Of a stretch of 18,280 nt of DNA, positions 1 through 5,995 are shown in pieces. Within the stretch, counting starts at the first letter, position 1. Each line of letters opens with the position of its first letter. This DNA is from Candidatus Fervidifonticultor quintus (GTDB taxonomy: Bacteria > Sysuimicrobiota > Sysuimicrobiia > Sysuimicrobiales > Humicultoraceae): the NCBI GenBank assembly GCA_031459535.1, contig JAVKIJ010000068.1, forward strand, positions 1-18,280, written 5' to 3'. The notes beneath the pieces were generated by a model. It ran no database searches and was not told where the DNA came from. It worked only from the letters and a program-made list of their open reading frames with translations. A program made the position numbers and the translations under genes.

Positions 1-8
1 TGCCCCTG

Positions 9-902
9 TTGCTGCCACAGTCGCGCCGCACGCTCGTCATGCTGCTGTTGCTCGCGACGGTCGCCGGCGGTTGCCAGCCAACCGTGGGGACCGGCACCGC
101 TGCGACCGCGGGTGCCGGCCTGGTCGAGGCGCCGCCTGCGCTCCCCCTGGCGCCCACCAATCCCCGGCCGTCGGCTGCGCGCGGCCGGGGGGTCTACGAG
201 CGGGTGTGCTGGCCGTGTCACGGCAACGAAGGGTTCGGTGATGGGCCGGCCGCCGCAGGCCTGGTCGCGCCGCACAAGAACCCCATGACCGACTTCTTCG
301 GAATGTTCGGCCTGAAGCTGCGGGGCGAAGACCTGCCGTCCCGCCCCGCCAACTTCCACAACCTGGTGCAGCAGCGCCTGAATGCCCCGTTCGCCCTGTT
401 CGAGACCATCAAGCTGGGCCGGCCGCACACGGCGATGCCGGCGTTTGGCCCGAGGCCAGCGTACGGCGCCAACCGCGGCTTTCCCACGCTGACCGACGCG
501 CAGATCTGGGACACCCTGTTCTACGTCAAGACGTTCTCGGCCACGCCGGCTTCTGTGGCGCTGGGCCGCGACATCTACCAGAACCGCGCCCTTGGGATCG
601 GCGGCGGGCGGACCGCGACCTGTGCCGCCTGTCACGGCGCGGCCGGGGACGGCCGGGGCGGCGCGCTGAGCGCGGAGATGGCGGCACGCCTGTGGGGGTG
701 GGGTCGTGGGGAGGGCCCCGGGATCTTCACGGACGTGAACCTGATGCTGCAGCGGAAGCCCTCGGAGCTCTACCAGCGCATCTGGACCGGCCGCGGGCTC
801 ATGCCCGGCTATCAGGGCCAGTTGCGAGAGGACGAGGTGTGGGCGCTGGTGGACTACATCTGGACGTTTCTCTACGACTACGCACCGGCCCGCGGGCACT
901 AG
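9..902 (+). CDS. Diheme c-type cytochrome, probable lipoprotein (cytochrome c subunit of a Rieske/cyt b operon)
   Basis: Two CxxCH motifs (CWPCH, CAACH), each followed by a Met-Pro ligand-type motif (TAMPAF, GLMPGY). N-terminal RR, hydrophobic stretch and lipobox-like VAGG-C. The frame is open to the window edge (TG CCC CTG TTG), so the true start may be one base before position 1. Confidence 0.88.
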   Translation: MLPQSRRTLVMLLLLATVAGGCQPTVGTGTAATAGAGLVEAPPALPLAPTNPRPSAARGRGVYERVCWPCHGNEGFGDGPAAAGLVAPHKNPMTDFFGMFGLKLRGEDLPSRPANFHNLVQQRLNAPFALFETIKLGRPHTAMPAFGPRPAYGANRGFPTLTDAQIWDTLFYVKTFSATPASVALGRDIYQNRALGIGGGRTATCAACHGAAGDGRGGALSAEMAARLWGWGRGEGPGIFTDVNLMLQRKPSELYQRIWTGRGLMPGYQGQLREDEVWALVDYIWTFLYDYAPARGH

Positions 903-915
903 CAGGTGGAGGCGC

Positions 916-1578
916 ATGGCACAGGATCCAGGGATTAGCCGCCGCCGCTTCCTGAGACTGGTGGCCGAGGTCCCCCTGATCGGAGGCCTGGTGGCGTTCG
1001 CCTCGCCGCTGTTGCGGTACTTGAAGCCCAACGTGGATCCGTTCGCGATCCTGGTGCCCACCGCGCAGGACGCGGCGACCGGCGAGCCAGTCGTGGCCGC
1101 CACGCTGGCAGAACTGGCGAAGCCCTGGGACTTCAAGTACTTCGTGTTCACCCAGAAATATCCGCAGTACACCCCCGACGGCTTCAAGACCCAGGCGGTC
1201 CCCGGCGTCGTCATCAGGCTGCCCAACAAGATCCAGCTCCCGTGGGGCTGGCTGCGGGCCCTGGGCGAGACGCCGGCGTCCATGGAGAGCGACATCATCG
1301 CGTTCTCCCGCATCTGCCCTCACCTGGGGTGCATCTACAATTTCGTCCCCGAGTGGCGAGAGGTCACCTCGGGGTATGGCGGATACGTGCCGCCCAGGGA
1401 CCGACAGCACGCTCTCATGGCGTGCCCGTGTCATCTGAGCATCTACGATCCGGCCGATCCCACGGAGCCAGGGCGGGTGCTCTCGGGCCCCGCACCCCGG
1501 CCGCCGCGGACGTTCTACCACAAGATCGAGGGCAATCGGATCGTGATCGAACGCATCGAGCCGGGCGGGATCGCCTGA
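916..1578 (+). CDS. Rieske [2Fe-2S] protein (QcrA/PetC family), Tat-exported
   Basis: SRRRFL Tat motif plus TM helix; Rieske boxes CPHLGC and CPCHLSIY; C-terminal GPAPRP; GGAGG at 908-912. Confidence 0.95.
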   Translation: MAQDPGISRRRFLRLVAEVPLIGGLVAFASPLLRYLKPNVDPFAILVPTAQDAATGEPVVAATLAELAKPWDFKYFVFTQKYPQYTPDGFKTQAVPGVVIRLPNKIQLPWGWLRALGETPASMESDIIAFSRICPHLGCIYNFVPEWREVTSGYGGYVPPRDRQHALMACPCHLSIYDPADPTEPGRVLSGPAPRPPRTFYHKIEGNRIVIERIEPGGIA

Positions 1579-1621
1579 GGCTGCGTGGACCATACTGTGG
1601 ACCCATAGGAACCGTTGACCC

Positions 1622-2782
1622 ATGGCCGCCATCCTGGACAGCCTACAGGAGTGGTACCGCGACCGTCGCGCCAAGCTCGATCTCTTCGACGAGACGCTGG
1701 TCGGTCAGCAGGCGAACCCCCTCTACCTGTTGGGCCCCATGCTGTACTTCTTCTGGATCGTGACCGTGGCCAGCGGTATCATCCTCATGTTCTGGTACGA
1801 ACCCACTCCTACCGGCGCGTACAACTCGATCCTGCGCATCCAGCACGAGATCCCCCTGGGGTGGCTGTGGCGCGGCATGCACAAGTACGCCGCGGACGGC
1901 GTCATCGTCACCATCATCTTGCGCATCTACCGCATGTACTTCCTGGGGGAGTACAAGAAGCCTGGGGAGCTGAGCTGGATGTGGGCGTTCGCCGGCCTGA
2001 TCCTGGCCATGATCTCGGGCATCACGGGTTATCTGCTCATCTGGAATCAGCGTGCGTTCTGGGCGGCGAAGACGGTGCTGACCGTGCCCGTCTACTTCGA
2101 CGAGCTGACCGCCAAGATCCCGGTGATCGGTGAGCGATTCCAGCTGGGTTCCATGATCGCCTTCCTGTTCCTGGGCGGCCCGGCCGTGGGCGCCGCGACC
2201 CTCACCCGGTTCTACGCCCTGCACTTCGGCATCTCGCTGGTGCTGCTCATCGTTGCCGAACTCTTCTACTATCGGACGCGCCGGCGGCGGCTCAACATGT
2301 CGTGGTTCCCGATCCTGCTGTTCTTGGGGATGCTGGTGTTCACCAGTTACGTGCTCCCCGCTGAGCTCGGCCGCAGGGCCGATCCGAATCGTACGCCGCT
2401 GCCCATCCTCTCCGACTGGTACTTCCTGGGGCTCTACCAGTACGTGAAGTACACCCCGCCGCTGTGGGCGGGTTTGGGGCCCGGCCTGCTGATCGGCTTC
2501 GGGATGCTGGTGCCCTTCCTCGACCGGAGCAGGGGCCGCCGGCCCGCCGAGCGTCCGTTCTTCTTCACGGTGGGGGTCCTGGCGCTGGCCTACTGGCTCA
2601 TCTTCACCGTGCTCATCATGTTCAACATCGCGGTCATCGAGCGCGAGCCGCCCCTGGTTCTGCTGGCGACGGTGGTCGTACTGTCCGCCGCGTTGGCCTG
2701 GGAACTGCGCTACCGGCGACGCCAGGCCCGGGCCGCCACCACCCCGGCAGCGCGGTCCCCGGCCGGCGCGGCGGCGCACTGA
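1622..2782 (+). CDS. Cytochrome b (fused b6 + subunit IV type), atypical: only heme bL ligands present
   Basis: Motifs WRGMHKYAA, GEYKKPGELSW, GITGYLLIWNQRAFWA, TLTRFYALH and TPLPILSDWYF (PEWY equivalent). His87 and His201 are present, but the second His of helix B is Arg101 and helix D has no second His. Confidence 0.92.
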   Translation: MAAILDSLQEWYRDRRAKLDLFDETLVGQQANPLYLLGPMLYFFWIVTVASGIILMFWYEPTPTGAYNSILRIQHEIPLGWLWRGMHKYAADGVIVTIILRIYRMYFLGEYKKPGELSWMWAFAGLILAMISGITGYLLIWNQRAFWAAKTVLTVPVYFDELTAKIPVIGERFQLGSMIAFLFLGGPAVGAATLTRFYALHFGISLVLLIVAELFYYRTRRRRLNMSWFPILLFLGMLVFTSYVLPAELGRRADPNRTPLPILSDWYFLGLYQYVKYTPPLWAGLGPGLLIGFGMLVPFLDRSRGRRPAERPFFFTVGVLALAYWLIFTVLIMFNIAVIEREPPLVLLATVVVLSAALAWELRYRRRQARAATTPAARSPAGAAAH

Positions 2783-2788
2783 TCGGCC

Positions 2789-3064
2789 ATGCGGACGGTG
2801 GTGTCGTGGATGGCGTTCGCGGCCGCGGTCGCGTCGTTCTCGAAACTGTGGGTGGGCGTGCGCGCCGCCCTGGACGGGCAGCGCCTCTACGGCCCGCTGG
2901 AGGCACTGGTCTGGATGGCGGCGTTTGCAGGGAGCATGGGGTACCTGGCGTTCGTCATCTACGCGGCCGACCGTGCGGCGGGACGCACCCGGCGGGCCAT
3001 GCCCCTGTTCGACCGCCTCCTGGATCGGCCGCGGTCCGGCGCGCGCGGTGGAGGCCGGCCGTGA
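2789..3064 (+). CDS. Small membrane protein (91 aa, 2 predicted TM helices)
   Basis: ATG 6 nt after the cyt b stop; two hydrophobic segments; its stop overlaps the next GTG start (GTGA). Confidence 0.7.
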   Translation: MRTVVSWMAFAAAVASFSKLWVGVRAALDGQRLYGPLEALVWMAAFAGSMGYLAFVIYAADRAAGRTRRAMPLFDRLLDRPRSGARGGGRP

Positions 3065-3288
3065 CCGACCCGCGTGCCCGCTACGCCTGGGGAGTGCTGG
3101 GGCTGTCGGCGCTGGGCGTGGCCTGCGCCGTGCTCATCGTGGTGGGCGAGGTGATGGGCTCGCCCCAGCGTCGGGTCTTCTGGGCGTTGGGCGGTGCCGC
3201 GCTGGGTGTCATCCTCATTGTCTACGGCCTGATCCTGTTGTTGCTGCGCAAGATGGGTGTGCTCGGCCCGCGGCGGGCCGAGCGGTAG
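3061..3288 (+). CDS. Small membrane protein (75 aa, 2 predicted TM helices)
   Basis: C-terminal part of track ORF 2464..3288. GTG at 3061 overlaps the upstream TGA; segments WGVLGLSALGVACAVLIVVG and FWALGGAALGVILIVYGLILLLL with a basic C-tail. Confidence 0.75.
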   Translation: MTDPRARYAWGVLGLSALGVACAVLIVVGEVMGSPQRRVFWALGGAALGVILIVYGLILLLLRKMGVLGPRRAER

Positions 3289-3297
3289 GAGGCAGGT

Positions 3298-4455
3298 GTG
3301 TACCGGAAGATCCTGACAGCCCTGCTACGGTGGACCCTGCGGCTGGACGTGGCTATCAACCGGGTCTGCCCATCCGACCTCAACCCGCTGTACTACACGG
3401 GCGGGCTGACCAGTCTCTTCCTGTTCGTCCTGGTGGTCTCTGGCATTTTCATCTTCTTCTACTACGTGCCCAGCCTGGGCGGCGCGCACGAGTCCGTGGC
3501 ATTCCTCACGGAGCGGGTGCCGTACGGCGGACTCATTCGCGGTATCCACCGCTACGCCGCCGACGCGTTCATCGTGGCGGCGTTGCTGCACCTGTTCCGG
3601 AACTGGTTCACAGACCGCTACCTGTTCTCGCGGGACTCGCCGTGGATCTCCGGCATGTTCTTGTTGCTGCTCGGCGGGTTCATCGGGGCCACGGGATACA
3701 TCCTGGTCTGGGACGAGCGGGGTCTGGTGGTGCTGGCCGAGTTTGTCCGCATGCTGCGGTCGATCCCCGTGGTCGGTGGAGGTCTGGCTCGAACCCTGAT
3801 CGCGGGAGTCGGTGTCTCGGAGGAGACGCTGCCGAGGGTGCTGTACTTGCACGTGGGACCAGCCTCGGCACTGTACGTCCTGCTGTGGTGGCACTATGTC
3901 CGTCTGCGCCACCCCAAGGTCTGGCCGCCGGCGCCATGGGTACTCGTGTCCCTGGGGATCTTGACGCTGCTGGCGGCCCTGGTGCCGGCGGTCTCCGGGG
4001 CGCCGGCGACGCCGGGGTCGGTCCCCCGGACACTGGGGCTGGACGTCTTCTACCTGCTGCCGTTCTGGCTGGCGGGCTACCTGCCGCCGTTCCTGGTCGT
4101 GGCGGTTGTGGGCCTGTTGTTTGCGGCAGGCCTGGTCATCCCCTATGTCGGCCGCGAGGCGCCCGCATCGCTGGGGCCCAGGCATGCCGGCGTGGCCCAA
4201 GTGATCGACGGGAACTGCACCGGATGCGAGTTGTGCTACTACGACTGTCCGTATGACGCCATCGTCATGGTGCCGTCGCCTCATCCGGGATTGACCAGGG
4301 CCGCGGCGAACCGCAAACTGCTGGCGGTCGTGATCGGTTCGCGCTGTGTGGAGTGCGGCATTTGCATCGGAGCCTGTCCATTTGAGGCGCTGGAGTTGCC
4401 CGGGCTGCTGGAGCGCGACGTGCAGCGCCGCGTCGCCGAGGCGGTGCGTGCGTGA
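3298..4455 (+). CDS. Cytochrome b-family protein fused to a C-terminal 2x[4Fe-4S] ferredoxin domain
   Basis: IRGIHRYAADAFIVAALLH and YLHVGPASALYVLLWWH supply four heme His (each pair 14 apart); CTGCELCYYDCP and CVECGICIGACP ferredoxin motifs; GGAGG at 3288-3292. Confidence 0.92.
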   Translation: MYRKILTALLRWTLRLDVAINRVCPSDLNPLYYTGGLTSLFLFVLVVSGIFIFFYYVPSLGGAHESVAFLTERVPYGGLIRGIHRYAADAFIVAALLHLFRNWFTDRYLFSRDSPWISGMFLLLLGGFIGATGYILVWDERGLVVLAEFVRMLRSIPVVGGGLARTLIAGVGVSEETLPRVLYLHVGPASALYVLLWWHYVRLRHPKVWPPAPWVLVSLGILTLLAALVPAVSGAPATPGSVPRTLGLDVFYLLPFWLAGYLPPFLVVAVVGLLFAAGLVIPYVGREAPASLGPRHAGVAQVIDGNCTGCELCYYDCPYDAIVMVPSPHPGLTRAAANRKLLAVVIGSRCVECGICIGACPFEALELPGLLERDVQRRVAEAVRA

Positions 4456-4916
4456 GCCAGCAACCTGGGCCTTCGGGAAGGGACCCGCGCGTGGTCGGGT
4501 TCGTGTGTGACTGGGCCGTCGCCACCGGCGACCTCACCGACGAGGCCGGTCGCCTGCGCGTAGCGCCGTCGGTGGTCCTCATCCGCGTGCCCTGCTCCGG
4601 TTTCATCCGGCCGGCGTGGCTCGAGGATGCACTGCGCGCCGGCGCCCAGGGCGCCTTCGTTGTCGGGTGTCCCTACGGCGACTGCCTGAATCGTGAAGGC
4701 AACTATCTGATGCGGGAGCGGATCGACCAGCTCCGGCGACGGCTCCAGCGGCGCAAGGTCGAGCCCGAGCGCTTGGTGATGATGGCCCACGGGCTCCATG
4801 ACCGCGAGGCGTTCCTGGAGGAGGTGAGGACCATGCTGTCCAGGCTGCGGGCGCTGGCGGCGGGTGCGGCCCCGGCTGCGCGGGCGGCGGTGCCGGCCGA
4901 GGAGAGCAACCGATGA
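4452..4916 (+). CDS. MvhD/FlpD-like [2Fe-2S] protein (hydrogenase iron-sulfur subunit family)
   Basis: VVGFVCDW, IRVPCSG and VVGCPYGDC..EGN match the MvhD Cys pattern; GTGA overlap with the upstream gene; no signal peptide. Confidence 0.88.
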   Translation: MSQQPGPSGRDPRVVGFVCDWAVATGDLTDEAGRLRVAPSVVLIRVPCSGFIRPAWLEDALRAGAQGAFVVGCPYGDCLNREGNYLMRERIDQLRRRLQRRKVEPERLVMMAHGLHDREAFLEEVRTMLSRLRALAAGAAPAARAAVPAEESNR

Positions 4917-5020
4917 CCAGACAACCGTTGCGCGTGTGGGTGTCCTACCTGATCTTCTACATTCTGTTCTTCATCCTCTTGCTGTTCGTCGCATCGTTCG
5001 GCCTCGTTGCCGAGGCGTGA
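4913..5020 (+). CDS. 35-aa single-pass membrane peptide MTRQPLRVWVSYLIFYILFFILLLFVASFGLVAEA (not in ORF track)
   Basis: ATGA overlap with the upstream stop, GTGA overlap with the downstream start, GAGGAG at 4899-4904, one strongly hydrophobic helix. Confidence 0.75.
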   Translation: MTRQPLRVWVSYLIFYILFFILLLFVASFGLVAEA

Positions 5021-5994
5021 GCGCTGACCTCCCGCGAATCTACGAACCGATCGCCGGCGACCTCGAGGCGCTAGACGGTCTGCTGCGACGGGAGCTGGCC
5101 ACCGACGATCCGTTCATCGGTGAGCTGACCGGGCACGTGCTGTCGACCCGGGGCAAGCTGATCCGGCCCGCCGTGGCCCTGCTGGCCGCGGCCGCCTGTG
5201 GCGGCGCGGATGAGCAGCGGTTCTGGCTGGCCGGCACCGTGGAACTGATCCACATGGCCTCCCTCATCCACGACGACATCATCGATGCGGCCGAGTTGCG
5301 CCGCGGGATCACCACGGTGAACATGCTGTGGGGCAATCAGGTGGCTGTGCTGCTGGGCGACTACCTGTTCGCCACGGCCTTCGACCTGGTCAGCCGGATC
5401 CGCCACCCCGAGGTGGCGCCCACCATCGCGCTGGCCGCGGTCGCCATGAGCCAGGCCGAGATCCAGGCTGTCAGGCTGGGCGGGGAGCCGCACGAGGACG
5501 AGGCGGCCTACTTTGCCATCATCGAGGGCAAGACCGCGCGGCTGTTTTCCGCCGCGTGCCGGTCAGGCGCGCTGATCGCCGGCGCGCCGGCCGCCGTGGC
5601 CGACTCTCTGGCCCAGTTTGGCCTCAACTGGGGCATGTCGTTCCAGATCACCGACGACGCGCTCGACCTGACCGGAACCGCCGAGGCGCTGGGGAAGCCG
5701 GTCGGCAGCGACATCGATGCTGGTAAGGTCACATTGCCGATCATCGCGGCCATGCGCCGGGCATCGGACGCCGACCGGGCCAGGTTGCACGCGCTCGTGC
5801 GGGATGCCTCGGGCGACGGCGCGCTGCGGGAGATTCGCGCCATCGTGGATCGCTATGGCGGGTTCCGGCAGGCCCAGGAGGTGGCCAGGATGTACGCAGC
5901 CCGCGCCGCTGGAGCCATCGAGGGCCTGCCTGCCAGCCGGGCCAAGGCGAGCCTGCTCGACCTGGCGGAGTTCGTCCTGATGCGGGCTCGCTGA
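5017..5994 (+). CDS. Long-chain trans-polyprenyl diphosphate synthase (HepT/IspB family)
   Basis: GKLIRP, first Asp-rich motif HDDIID..RRG, GKTA, second motif FQITDDALD, GKPVGSD. Start re-assigned from 4864 to the coupled GTG at 5017. Confidence 0.93.
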   Translation: MSADLPRIYEPIAGDLEALDGLLRRELATDDPFIGELTGHVLSTRGKLIRPAVALLAAAACGGADEQRFWLAGTVELIHMASLIHDDIIDAAELRRGITTVNMLWGNQVAVLLGDYLFATAFDLVSRIRHPEVAPTIALAAVAMSQAEIQAVRLGGEPHEDEAAYFAIIEGKTARLFSAACRSGALIAGAPAAVADSLAQFGLNWGMSFQITDDALDLTGTAEALGKPVGSDIDAGKVTLPIIAAMRRASDADRARLHALVRDASGDGALREIRAIVDRYGGFRQAQEVARMYAARAAGAIEGLPASRAKASLLDLAEFVLMRAR

Positions 5995-5995
5995 C

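Noticed and set aside
1622-2782. First cyt b as a pseudogene, or His-to-Arg as a sequencing error
   Set aside because: The frame is intact, bL and Qo-side motifs are kept, and the bH-side changes occur at several independent sites.
4452-4916. Calling the locus a hydrogenase or heterodisulfide reductase
   Set aside because: No NiFe large subunit, small subunit, HdrA or CCG-domain protein is in the window.
4864-5016. N-terminal extension of the polyprenyl synthase in the ORF track
   Set aside because: Better explained by the MvhD-like C-terminus, the coupled 35-aa ORF and a GTG start at 5017.
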